Notes: generated from the letters alone by a model not told the origin. Positions 9,651-19,269 are shown, numbered from the stretch's first letter. The stretch: DNA of 47,852 bases from Candidatus Babelota bacterium (GCA_049325595.1 JBMOLF010000021.1:1-47852); one strand, 5' to 3'. Numbers and translations: made by a program.

Positions 9651-9757
9651 CTATCCCCCTCTGTTAATTGTTAAGATAGCAATTTAGAAGCAGCAAAATC
9701 TATTATTTATTGACAATTGCACATAAGCAATATCAGGATTATTAGAAAAGGAGCAGT

Positions 9758-10258
9758 ATGAATTGGCTTGATATCATTGATGTTGTTTTAGGAACTAGTC
9801 ATAATACACCAACATTTTATCAAATGATTGTACGGGCTTTGGTTATTTATTTTGTTGCGATTTTTTTAATACGGCTTGGTAAACGGCGCGTTCTACAACC
9901 CAATAGCCCTTTTGATATTATTTTCATTATTATTATTGGTAACATTTTAGCAGATGCAATAGTTGGTAGCTGGCCTTTTTTTGAGTGCTTAGGAATCATG
10001 ATATTGTTATTTGTAGTACACTCAGCCGTTTCAGCACTTACCTTTTACTTTCAGCCGGCAGAAAATCTATTTGAAGGAGCACCCTACTATTTGATTAAAA
10101 ATGGTATTATTGACAAAGAAATGCTCCGCACATGTCATATTAATTACGATGAACTCATGAGCGCCGTGCGACGCCATGCACACACCGATAATCTTGAAAA
10201 AGTAAAACACGCCATTTTAGAAACAAATGGCGATATAAGTATTATTTTGCAACATTAA
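9758..10258 (+). CDS. DUF421 (YetF-like) membrane protein
   Basis: Three TM segments, FEGAP..LIKNG, AILETNGDIS; AGGAG RBS. Confidence 0.88.
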   Translation: MNWLDIIDVVLGTSHNTPTFYQMIVRALVIYFVAIFLIRLGKRRVLQPNSPFDIIFIIIIGNILADAIVGSWPFFECLGIMILLFVVHSAVSALTFYFQPAENLFEGAPYYLIKNGIIDKEMLRTCHINYDELMSAVRRHAHTDNLEKVKHAILETNGDISIILQH

Positions 10259-10268
10259 TCACAATTTA

Positions 10269-10994
10269 TTATTGGATGCTATCAAGCTCTTGGTATGTTT
10301 TAGCTCCTTCATTTTTTAAAGCGGTTATCAATGCATGTTCTGGTAATGATGCACTTTGAGCTATATCAAGCGCTGTTTTGTGGTTATACATAGCATTAAT
10401 CGCTACGTTAGCTTTAACAAGTTCTTGTAATATGCTAAGTCTTGTTTGAGTGTCTCTTAAATTACCAAACATCATCAAAGACATTAACGAGGTAAAACCT
10501 TCGCTATCTGTTTCATTTACATCAACACCGGCTTGGATAAGTTCTTTAATAAGTTCAGGCGTTCCTTTTCGTAATGCAACATGCAACACCGGTTCTTTAA
10601 TATCTTTTCCCGCTTTTTTAAAGTTACCAATTTCATCACGTCGTACTAAATCAAACAGTCCTGCTCCTACATTCCCTTCTAATAGAGGAAACGGTGGTTT
10701 TAAACCATTTTTGAGCATACAGATCAATTCATCAATTTTTTTCTGGTGTTCTGTATCACGAGCATATTTATTTTTTAATTTATTATGATCATACACATAT
10801 CCAGAAGATAGGTGAGTTAATTTTTCAACAAAAACATCGTGAGCAAGTTGCTGATTGGCTTGGATTATATTTTTTAAAGCATCAGATTGTTCTGAATTAT
10901 TAGATTGGTCAAAAAGCTCTATAAACTTACTTTTATTTAACTCCATCGCGCCTATAAAGCTAGGAATCAGTAGCATAACAAGTATTATTTTCAT
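10269..10994 (-). CDS. Secreted ankyrin-repeat protein
   Basis: Signal MKIILVMLLIPSFIGA|MEL; ankyrin repeats PVLHVA...LIQAGVDVNETDSEGFTSL and TALDIA. Confidence 0.88.
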   Translation of the reverse strand: MKIILVMLLIPSFIGAMELNKSKFIELFDQSNNSEQSDALKNIIQANQQLAHDVFVEKLTHLSSGYVYDHNKLKNKYARDTEHQKKIDELICMLKNGLKPPFPLLEGNVGAGLFDLVRRDEIGNFKKAGKDIKEPVLHVALRKGTPELIKELIQAGVDVNETDSEGFTSLMSLMMFGNLRDTQTRLSILQELVKANVAINAMYNHKTALDIAQSASLPEHALITALKNEGAKTYQELDSIQ

Positions 10995-11020
10995 TTTTTA
11001 TTTTACCTTAAAAAATAATT

Positions 11021-11893
11021 CTATTTCTTTTTTTGTCTAAATAAGAGCTTATCTATTTTAAAACCATTATTATGATACCGAGCAATAAAATAAGCATCTG
11101 TTTGGTAGTAAAACGATAATGCATCTTTAATAGCCGTATTATTACTTCTATTTTTAATTTGATCTATCTCACCATCAGATAATATAGTTATGGGCATATT
11201 TGGTAGAGCTTTTAAATCAGCATTAACCTTCAATAATGCTCTTGTTAAAAATATATTTTCTTTAGATGCACTATAGGCCAATATATTTTCACTATTATCA
11301 ATTTTAATAGAAAAAATATCGGTCTCTTGCGCTAAATAATACAACGCATTTAACAACATTGACTCAGAGTTGCTATCAAAATCCTTAACATCAGCTAATT
11401 TTTTTACCAATTCACTAACCATTTTATCCACTAAATCAATGCTATGATCAATTTTTGTTTTATGTTTTTTAGTGTCAAAAAAATATTTAATGCGGCTTGC
11501 AAATCGATAACCCTGCTTCAAATATTTTTTTTGATCGATAAATTTTTCTATTTTTTTCTCAAATTTTCTTAATACATCTTCTTCTTGTTGGCTTATAATT
11601 GGCTCTAGTGACACCAATAATTGTGCATGATCGATAGGTAAATTAGCTGCTTGATGCGATGTATTAGCAATAAACTGATTAATAATTTCATTGCTCAGTA
11701 ATTTATTTTTAGTTTTATATGCTCTTACCTGCGCAATGTGTTGATCAATCGAAATCTGTCGGTTAATCAAACCATTTGATACACATACTCGCTTAACGGA
11801 AGACCATGCTTGCTCTTCACGCTTTCTTTTTAAACCTTCATGCGCATAAAGCGGTATAAAGACGCATATCATAATAAAAAATTGTAAAATCAT
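11021..11893 (-). CDS. Hypothetical secreted protein with a degenerate ankyrin-like repeat
   Basis: Start moved to ATG 11893, giving signal MILQFFIMICVFIPLYA; ENILAYSASKENIFLTRALLKVNADL resembles one ankyrin repeat. Confidence 0.7.
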   Translation of the reverse strand: MILQFFIMICVFIPLYAHEGLKRKREEQAWSSVKRVCVSNGLINRQISIDQHIAQVRAYKTKNKLLSNEIINQFIANTSHQAANLPIDHAQLLVSLEPIISQQEEDVLRKFEKKIEKFIDQKKYLKQGYRFASRIKYFFDTKKHKTKIDHSIDLVDKMVSELVKKLADVKDFDSNSESMLLNALYYLAQETDIFSIKIDNSENILAYSASKENIFLTRALLKVNADLKALPNMPITILSDGEIDQIKNRSNNTAIKDALSFYYQTDAYFIARYHNNGFKIDKLLFRQKKK

Positions 11894-11958
11894 ACCTATA
11901 TCCAATACCTGAGTTGTTTTAAATTGATCAGCTAAAGGTTTTATCATTAAACCATTAT

Positions 11959-12948
11959 TTAAACAAGACCTTCATCTTTAAGCTCTTGATAGGTTTTTGC
12001 GCCTTGAGACCGTAAAAATTCTTTTAGCTTATGGCCTGCACGGTCTAAAATAGTTTTTTTAGGCTTAGAAGATTGATTTAATATCGCTCCTGCTTTTATC
12101 AATTCTTCGATGATTTCCTGTTTTTCTTCTATTTGCATTAAATTAACAAAAACATCACAGGTCATCCATTCTAAAGCAGTTTTATTATCATTAGTTGCAT
12201 TTATTGCTACACCAGATGTTATAAATTTTTTCACCAATGCTAAATTACCATAGCTACAAGCATAATGAAAAGCAAATTGCCTCGAACCATCAGAAATTAG
12301 CATTTGATTGGGATTAATCTTACATTCTAATAAGGTAATTATATCATCTATCATTTTTTCTCTTAGTTCTGAACTTGGAGTAGTTAAACATACAAAAAAT
12401 TGAAGAGCTCCTAAATTGCGAGCAAAAAAATCATTAGCCCATTCTTCATTGTTAGTAATAAAATCAGTAAGAGCTTTAGTATGATTTAAATTTTTTAGCA
12501 CTCTAAAAAAAGATCTAATTTCATTTTTTTCATTAGAATTTGGATCATGTTGCTTCCATTCAAGAGTAAATTTTTCAATTTCGGTCAATAGTTCATTATC
12601 ATGCATGAAACGATTATGTTGTATCAAAAGGTTTAACAACCGCTCATTGTCAACCTGTTCTTTTAGAAGTCCATTACTTTTTGCGCCTTGCTCTCTTAGC
12701 GCATTCATATGCTCTTGCGCAATTTCTTTTAATTGTTTATTTACCCGTGATAATGGTTCAATTTGTGTTATAGTTTGCGCAAAGTTAGGCGCAGAAATTT
12801 GTTTCACCCTATGTTTTATCACATGATGTATAATTTCACTGGGCAGCATTTCAAAATAGTTTGTTTCATTTTGTTCCATACCATGCGCAGAAACAGAAGT
12901 CGCCAAAATAAAAAACAAATATTTTTGTAAATTAAGAAACATATTCAT
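11959..12948 (-). CDS. Secreted F-box-like plus ankyrin-repeat protein
   Basis: Start moved to ATG 12948; signal ...ATSVSAHG|MEQ; FEMLPSEII...LSRVNKQL; ankyrin AFHYACSYGNLALVKKFITSGVAINA. Confidence 0.82.
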   Translation of the reverse strand: MNMFLNLQKYLFFILATSVSAHGMEQNETNYFEMLPSEIIHHVIKHRVKQISAPNFAQTITQIEPLSRVNKQLKEIAQEHMNALREQGAKSNGLLKEQVDNERLLNLLIQHNRFMHDNELLTEIEKFTLEWKQHDPNSNEKNEIRSFFRVLKNLNHTKALTDFITNNEEWANDFFARNLGALQFFVCLTTPSSELREKMIDDIITLLECKINPNQMLISDGSRQFAFHYACSYGNLALVKKFITSGVAINATNDNKTALEWMTCDVFVNLMQIEEKQEIIEELIKAGAILNQSSKPKKTILDRAGHKLKEFLRSQGAKTYQELKDEGLV

Positions 12949-14053
12949 AAATTGTTCGTCTGATTTCGGTAGGTATAGCTGGTTGTTTTGCAATCGGGTT
13001 GCCGCAATGCAATGCCCCTTTTGCATCTAACGCACATAAAAAGGTATAGAGCATTTTAGAAACTTTGGTTTGTAAATTAGGATTATCCATAATTTGTAAA
13101 TCTTGCAAATTTATTAACTTAGTTATACTTTCAGGCAATTTATCTAGTTTATTATTGTTAAGTGTCAATATTCTGAGCTCGGTGCAATTACCTATTTCAT
13201 CTGGCAACCGATTTAGATCATTATTTGATAAATCAAGTCTAGATAGATTATGCAAATTACCTATTGAAATTGGTATTTGTTTTAACTTATTACTTTGCAG
13301 GAAAAGAAAAGCTCTTTGATTCTTAGAAATATCACCGATATTTTCAGGTAGCTTATTTAACAAATTGTGCGAAAAATCATACTGATTAGCAAATATACTA
13401 GTACTTATTCCTATCTCAGTGATTGTATCTGGTAGTTCCGGAAGTTTATTATAGCTTAAAAACACCATATTTAATTTCTTGAGAGCTGCCAAAAAAGTAG
13501 TAATAGTAGTAATATTATTATTTCTTGCTGCTAAGAAAGTTAAATTAGTAAGAACGGCAAAAGAATCGGGTATGGAATCTAATTCATTATTATTAATACA
13601 TAAGCATTCTAATGAGCTGGGCAATAAAAATTCGTTACCTTCATTCATTAGAGATTTAATCTGATTAGCATTAATAGTTAACTCATGCAAAGACGTCATA
13701 GAGCTTAAATTAGGTAGCTCTTTTATAAAATTGTTGGAAATAAAAATTCTACTTAGGTTTCGTAATTTAGTAAGTACCGATATATCAGCAAGCATGTTTT
13801 GTGAAGCGAATACCCACTCTATAACCCGTTGATATCCAGGAGCTGCATATTCTAATTTTTCTATTCCCTCTAACGAGGTTAGTTTTAGATCGCTAAGACC
13901 AACGGTTCCATTTTTATAAAATTGTATTGGATTTTCTAAATCGTTAACTGAATAAGCTTTTTCTTCATTTTGAGTCAGTTCTTTTTCCATACCGACAACA
14001 TTTAAAATTACTAAAGAGGCAAAAAATGTTACGAATTTATAGTCTATTCTCAT
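12932..14053 (-). CDS. Secreted leucine-rich-repeat protein
   Basis: Signal ...LVILNVVG|MEK; repeated LxxLxLxxNxLxxLP units (e.g. LSRLDLSNNDLNRLPDEIGNC). Confidence 0.92.
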   Translation of the reverse strand: MRIDYKFVTFFASLVILNVVGMEKELTQNEEKAYSVNDLENPIQFYKNGTVGLSDLKLTSLEGIEKLEYAAPGYQRVIEWVFASQNMLADISVLTKLRNLSRIFISNNFIKELPNLSSMTSLHELTINANQIKSLMNEGNEFLLPSSLECLCINNNELDSIPDSFAVLTNLTFLAARNNNITTITTFLAALKKLNMVFLSYNKLPELPDTITEIGISTSIFANQYDFSHNLLNKLPENIGDISKNQRAFLFLQSNKLKQIPISIGNLHNLSRLDLSNNDLNRLPDEIGNCTELRILTLNNNKLDKLPESITKLINLQDLQIMDNPNLQTKVSKMLYTFLCALDAKGALHCGNPIAKQPAIPTEIRRTIYEYVS

Positions 14054-14169
14054 AGATTTCTTTCTAATTAAATTAATTTTTAGCTTAAAACCATATCATA
14101 TCTTCGTTTTTTCTTCATTCTTTTCTATACTAAATGTATAATTCGTAATTTTTTTTATGAAAGTCATTC

Positions 14170-15483
14170 ATGTCTACTGATCATAAATTATCCTTACCTG
14201 CTGCCATACTTGTTAATATCAATATCATGCTGGGAACTGGTATTTTTATTAATACGGTTGAACTTTCAAAACGCGCTGGTTTTTTGGGAAGTTTTATGTA
14301 TCCGTTGATTGGCCTACTTATTTTGCCTCTCATTATTATTGTGGCCCAACTTATGAAACTGCATCCATCTGGTGGGTTTTATACCTTTGGCGCACAAGAA
14401 ATTCATCCCTATGCGGGTTTTTTAAGTGCATGGAGCTATTTTACCGGCAAATTGGCTTCTGCAATGCTTATGATTCATGTCGCTATGCTCCTGTGCCAGT
14501 ATATTATTCCTACTTTGGCATCAATTAATATATTTGTTCTTGATGCATTAGTGTTGGCGCTTTTCATTTTTTTAAATACGCAAAACATGCGCACTGGAAG
14601 CCGAATCCAGATGGGTTTTTTGATAGTAAAACTCATTCCCGTACTGTTTGTTTTGTTGGCTGGATTATTCTTTTTAAATCCTGGATCATTTGATGCATCA
14701 ACTATGGTATGGTCAGGTATTCCACTGAGCTTGCCGCTTGTACTTTACGCAGCAGCAGGATTTGAAGCATCTTGCTCATTAAGCAGTCGGATTCACAATG
14801 CCGAGCGTAATGGCCCACGCGCTATTTTTATTTCTTTTGGCCTTGTCATGACGGTACTCTTTTTATTCCAATTTTTATTTTATGCTCTTCTTGGTGACCA
14901 ATTAGCAGCCCAAGCCAATTATTTGGGAGCATTTCCCGCATTGCTGGGCAAATTATTTGGATTAACGGGCCAATCATTGCATACTACTGCCGCTCTTTTT
15001 CATTTAGCTATTGCTGCATCGGCACTTGGTGGCAGCTATGGCATTATCTATAGCAACATGTGGAATTTGTATACCATTGCCCAACATGGCCATATATTTT
15101 TTAAAAATAAATTTATCAGCTTAAGCGCACACCATATCCCCTTAGCATGTGTGTTAGCTGAAGGTATTTTAATGGGATTATATTTAGCTATTTCCCAAGG
15201 CGTACAAGTACCCTTACAACAAATTTCTGCATTAGCATCGGCTATTTCTTATTCATTATGCGTTGCATCATTAGTCGCTGCAAAGAGAGCCCGTTTTATT
15301 ATCACTTCATGGCTCACATTATTGGCCGGCATAATAAGCTGTATCTTGCTAGTAGGATCTTGTATAAGAGGATTGCTTATTTCTGGGTTATTCCCATTTA
15401 TCATATTTTTGGGGCTTTTGATCCTGGGAAGCATTATGTTTTTTAGCACTAATCGTATTATTATTGAAAAAAATAACAAATAA
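14170..15483 (+). CDS. APC-family amino acid permease
   Basis: NIMLGTGIF, GGFY, AGFE motifs; about 12 TM segments. Confidence 0.9.
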   Translation: MSTDHKLSLPAAILVNINIMLGTGIFINTVELSKRAGFLGSFMYPLIGLLILPLIIIVAQLMKLHPSGGFYTFGAQEIHPYAGFLSAWSYFTGKLASAMLMIHVAMLLCQYIIPTLASINIFVLDALVLALFIFLNTQNMRTGSRIQMGFLIVKLIPVLFVLLAGLFFLNPGSFDASTMVWSGIPLSLPLVLYAAAGFEASCSLSSRIHNAERNGPRAIFISFGLVMTVLFLFQFLFYALLGDQLAAQANYLGAFPALLGKLFGLTGQSLHTTAALFHLAIAASALGGSYGIIYSNMWNLYTIAQHGHIFFKNKFISLSAHHIPLACVLAEGILMGLYLAISQGVQVPLQQISALASAISYSLCVASLVAAKRARFIITSWLTLLAGIISCILLVGSCIRGLLISGLFPFIIFLGLLILGSIMFFSTNRIIIEKNNK

Positions 15484-15558
15484 CACGATCTTGTCATTGC
15501 TTTTTTCATGATGCTTTTTATAATGAAATAATAATAACTTTCATTAAAGGGATTTCGC

Positions 15559-16125
15559 GTGATTTCTACATCTGATTTTCGTAAAGGCTGTAAAATTCTC
15601 TTCCGTGACGAACCATATATGGTAGTCGATTTTCAACATGTAAAACCTGGTAAGGGTGGCGCATTTGTTCGCACCAAAATGAAAAATATGTTAACTGGTC
15701 TTATGCATGAAGAAACATTCCGCTCAGGAGAGAAGTTCCCATCACCAGATCTTGCCTACAAGCAAATGCAATTCTTGTACGAACAAGATGGTCTTTATGA
15801 TTTTATGGACCAAGAATCATACGAGCAAATTTCTTTAAATAAAGATCAAGTAGAAGAAGTACTTGATTATCTCAAAGAGCAAACCGTATATACCGTTTTA
15901 TATTTTGATGATCGTCCTATTGCGGTAACACCGCCATTACACATGGAATTAATGGTAAAAGAAACTCCTCCTGGTGTTAAAGGTGATACTGCACAAGGTG
16001 GAGCTACCAAGCCTGCAACGTTAGAAACTGGCATGGTTATCCAAGTGCCTCTTTTTGTAAACGAAGGTGACTTGATCAAAGTAGATACGCGTACTGGCGA
16101 ATATATTGAACGCGTAAAAAAATAA
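15559..16125 (+). CDS. efp: Elongation factor P
   Basis: HVKPGKGGAFVRTK, PGVKGDTA, KPATLETG, VDTRTGEY. Confidence 0.98.
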   Translation: MISTSDFRKGCKILFRDEPYMVVDFQHVKPGKGGAFVRTKMKNMLTGLMHEETFRSGEKFPSPDLAYKQMQFLYEQDGLYDFMDQESYEQISLNKDQVEEVLDYLKEQTVYTVLYFDDRPIAVTPPLHMELMVKETPPGVKGDTAQGGATKPATLETGMVIQVPLFVNEGDLIKVDTRTGEYIERVKK

Positions 16126-16166
16126 TAGTTTTAATAACATATTTGTATAATGGGGTTTAGGGTATT

Positions 16167-16655
16167 ATGACTTGTTGTCCTCAGACGGAGCATCCACTTC
16201 ACGGATTACAAACTGAAAATATTGATTATAACGACTTATCAAGTCGCGAAGCTCGATCACTAATTTTTCATCTTTTGTATGCAGCAGAATCGTTTGAATA
16301 TGATTCATCGCTTGAAGCGATAGTTGAAAATTTTAATCGTGGCTTTTCTATGAATATTCCGGTGGATAGTTTAGTTTTTAATGTTGCACAAACTATTATT
16401 AATGAGCGCAATCAACTCGATGATCAAATTAAGCCTCTTTTGCATAATTGGCGTTTTGACCGCATTGGCGTATGCACCAAGCTAATTTTACGTTTCGCTT
16501 TATGGGAACTTACTACTACCCAAACTACTCCTAATATTGTAATTAACGAAGCGATCGAACTTGCAAAATGCTTCGCTGAAAAAGATGCTTATAAGTTTAT
16601 TAATGGCATTCTTGATGAAGCAGTAAAAGCTCAAGAAGCTCAGAAAGCTATCTGA
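16167..16655 (+). CDS. nusB: Transcription antitermination factor NusB
   Basis: INEAIELAK, KFINGILD; directly after efp. Confidence 0.93.
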   Translation: MTCCPQTEHPLHGLQTENIDYNDLSSREARSLIFHLLYAAESFEYDSSLEAIVENFNRGFSMNIPVDSLVFNVAQTIINERNQLDDQIKPLLHNWRFDRIGVCTKLILRFALWELTTTQTTPNIVINEAIELAKCFAEKDAYKFINGILDEAVKAQEAQKAI

Positions 16656-17709
16656 GCTTGAGTGTAATCAAGGCAAGTAAACACAATACAATAGAAATAA
16701 TGCCAAAACGGGTGGTAATTTTTGCTTCAGGCCACCCAAGTAATTCAAAATGATGATGTATGGGCGCCATCTTAAAAATACGTTTTTTCCATTTACGATA
16801 TACAAACACTTGAACCATCACTGAAACAGTTTCCAATACAAACAAACCACCAGCTATAGGGAACAACAGCTCCTGCTTTGCCATGAGTGCCATTAAAGCT
16901 AATGCCGCACCTAATGCCAGCGAACCAACGTCACCCATAAAAATTTGCGCAGGATATGCATTAAACCATAAAAAACCAAATGAAGCGCCAACTAATAACG
17001 CACCAAGTACGGCAATTTCCGCGCTGCCAGCAAATGGAATAAATAAATACTCAGCAAGAACAGCATGACCTGCTAAATAGGCAATAAGAGCAAATGTTGC
17101 AAAATTAGGAATAAGTGAACCAATGGCAAGACCATCTAATCCATCAGTTAAATTAACGGCATTACTGCAACTTACTAATATAAATGCCGCCCACGGAATA
17201 AACAACAATCCAAGATCGGGGTTGAGATTTTTAAAAAAAGGAAAGGTAACGGTCGTTTTTGCTGCACCAAAGTAAACCCATGCTATTACCACCAATAAGG
17301 CAATGGACCATTGTGCGATAAATTTATTACGCGCTGATATTCCTTTTTTATAGGCAATTTTTGACCAATCATCCCAAAAACCTATTGCACCAAAGCCAAC
17401 CAAGCATAATAAAAAAATCCACACTAAAGGATTGCCAAGATCACACCATAACAATGCATTGAGAAGAACTGAGCAAATAATTAAAATGCCACCCATTGTA
17501 GGCATATCATCTTTTGCTTTGTGTGAATCAGGAGTAAACTCGCGTGCTTTAGAACGGAAAAAGCGCCTACTTTTTTCAATAAACCAATTACCAGCCACTA
17601 AACAAAAAAAGAGCGTTGAAAGTAATCCCGCAATAGCCCTTACGCTAACGTAATGAAATGCATTAAATAATGAAAAATAATGCGTTCCGAGTGTTGAAAG
17701 ATAATACAT
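16648..17709 (-). CDS. mraY: Phospho-N-acetylmuramoyl-pentapeptide transferase
   Basis: PTMGG, GFWDD, NAVNLTDGLDGL, FMGDVGS, MAPIHHHFE. Confidence 0.97.
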   Translation of the reverse strand: MYYLSTLGTHYFSLFNAFHYVSVRAIAGLLSTLFFCLVAGNWFIEKSRRFFRSKAREFTPDSHKAKDDMPTMGGILIICSVLLNALLWCDLGNPLVWIFLLCLVGFGAIGFWDDWSKIAYKKGISARNKFIAQWSIALLVVIAWVYFGAAKTTVTFPFFKNLNPDLGLLFIPWAAFILVSCSNAVNLTDGLDGLAIGSLIPNFATFALIAYLAGHAVLAEYLFIPFAGSAEIAVLGALLVGASFGFLWFNAYPAQIFMGDVGSLALGAALALMALMAKQELLFPIAGGLFVLETVSVMVQVFVYRKWKKRIFKMAPIHHHFELLGWPEAKITTRFGIISIVLCLLALITLKLR

Positions 17710-17766
17710 CTTATTCTTTCTATTTGTAAATTATTTATGTGAATTTATTGATTGAATGCGCCTTTT

Positions 17767-17794
17767 AGAATATAGAAAATTGTCATAAAATCAA
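17767..17794 (-). promoter_or_regulatory. Putative sigma70 promoter of mraY
   Basis: TTGATT-16 bp-TATTCT on the minus strand. Confidence 0.4.
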
Positions 17795-17811
17795 TAAAAA
17801 AGGCAGGGGAT

Positions 17812-17839
17812 TTGACTAAAATAAAGCCTTGGTTAGACT
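17812..17839 (+). promoter_or_regulatory. Putative sigma70 promoter of the secreted-protein array
   Basis: TTGACT-16 bp-TAGACT, about 170 nt upstream of ATG 18011. Confidence 0.5.
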
Positions 17840-18010
17840 AGTTATTGTATATGTGAAATAAGCTTAGTGTATAAAGCTTGTGTTTACTGGAGGTTTACCC
17901 AAGATAGACAGTCATAGCACATACATCGCCCCTTATTGCATAATCTACGTATATCTTCTTAGGTGGTGTATATGATTTTGTCTAGAAACATTTTAAGAGG
18001 AAACTTAATT

Positions 18011-18637
18011 ATGAAATTGAAAACTATTGTTACTATTGCAGCATTTGCTACAACCGCTGCGTTTTCTTTACAGGCAAACAATACTCCTGAAGAACTCAAT
18101 AAATTAGTAAATTCGCTTGATCAAGCCGCTCGATCAACACTTGTTTTTGTAAACAAATTTATCGATGCGAAAAATCGCTCAGAAAAATTTAGCGATCAAA
18201 TAGCACAAGCAAATAGCATATTGGTTGAAATAAAGAAATTAAACGTAGAAGTTAAAGCACTTCTTTCACAACCAATCAGCGATGAAGAAAAGAACATTAT
18301 TCAATGTGCAAACGAAATTGCTGATTTAATTATCCCTTCACTTGAAAACTTATGTCGCGCAATGGAATCACAACGCGGGCAAACTGATACCACTAAACTT
18401 TCTGCAGCATTAAAACCTTCTTTGACAAATATGGCTGCACAAGGCCCTACACTTAAAGTTAAGGTAGATCAACTTCACAAATTGCTGAGCACCGTCTATG
18501 TAGATGCAGCAGCAAAGGTTAAAGCATTACAAAACGACATTTTAAATACTGTTGATAAAATTGCCGCCCTTGATAAAAACAAGATGGCGTACGTTAACTT
18601 ATTTGCAGCGTTAAAACAACGCTTAGTTAATGGTTAA
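18011..18637 (+). CDS. Secreted alpha-helical hypothetical protein (array gene 1)
   Basis: AAGAGG RBS before ATG 18011; signal MKLKTIVTIAAFATTAAFSLQA; amphipathic helices. Confidence 0.85.
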   Translation: MKLKTIVTIAAFATTAAFSLQANNTPEELNKLVNSLDQAARSTLVFVNKFIDAKNRSEKFSDQIAQANSILVEIKKLNVEVKALLSQPISDEEKNIIQCANEIADLIIPSLENLCRAMESQRGQTDTTKLSAALKPSLTNMAAQGPTLKVKVDQLHKLLSTVYVDAAAKVKALQNDILNTVDKIAALDKNKMAYVNLFAALKQRLVNG

Positions 18638-18705
18638 TAAAAATCCTTAGGGGAAATGGGGAACTCATTGTTGTTAACAGCAAATGAGTATTTACTAAGA
18701 ACATC

Positions 18706-18740
18706 AAAGCCGGGAGTACGAGTTACTTCCGGCTTTTTTT
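18706..18740 (+). terminator. Rho-independent terminator; copy 1 of the array hairpin
   Basis: AAAGCCGGGAGTA-cgagt-TACTTCCGGCTTT followed by a T-tract. Confidence 0.85.
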
Positions 18741-18758
18741 AATTAAATGAGGTTACCA

Positions 18759-19214
18759 ATGAAATTAAAATCTATATTACTTATCAGTACTATATGCGCA
18801 GGCAATGTTGCCATAGCAAATCACCCTCTTGTTGATAAGCTCAAATCTACTATAATTGAGAACATTAACTTTTTTAAGCAAACTAATCGTTCTAATGAAG
18901 ATGTTTGTCGTTTTGTCACCACACAGCAAACGTTAAAAGAATTAATTCATGAATTATCACTAACTCGTATTAATAGAAAAGAATTAACGCTTTTAGTTGC
19001 AACGCAAACCTATCTTCGAGACATTACTTTATTGATAAGACAAATAGAAGACATTTTACTATTAAATCGTAATCTCAAATATATCAATAACTATCAAACC
19101 GACATTGATGCACACCTAATTAAACCATGGATAAAAGAAAATAGAAAAAAGCTTTTTTCACATATTAATGCTTTTGATCTTTTAATTACTCAATGGTCAA
19201 CTTTAGCATTATAA
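18759..19214 (+). CDS. Secreted hypothetical protein (array gene 2)
   Basis: GAGGT RBS; signal MKLKSILLISTICAGNVAIA. Confidence 0.82.
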   Translation: MKLKSILLISTICAGNVAIANHPLVDKLKSTIIENINFFKQTNRSNEDVCRFVTTQQTLKELIHELSLTRINRKELTLLVATQTYLRDITLLIRQIEDILLLNRNLKYINNYQTDIDAHLIKPWIKENRKKLFSHINAFDLLITQWSTLAL

Positions 19215-19224
19215 CAACTATAAA
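19174..19224 (+). repeat. 51-bp direct repeat, copy 1
   Basis: TTGATCTTTTAATTACTCAATGGTCAACTTTAGCATTATAACAACTATAAA; 50/51 identical to 19726..19776. Confidence 0.95.
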
Positions 19225-19225
19225 T

Positions 19226-19253
19226 AAGTCGGAAGTTTAATCACTTCCGGCTT
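19226..19253. repeat. Array hairpin copy 2
   Basis: AAGTCGGAAGT-ttaatc-ACTTCCGGCTT. Confidence 0.85.
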
Positions 19254-19269
19254 TAACTATGAGGTTTCT

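Noticed and set aside
12949..13026. Long overlap or fusion between the LRR and F-box-ankyrin genes
   Set aside because: The downstream gene has its own signal peptide from ATG 12948, which reduces the overlap to 17 bp.
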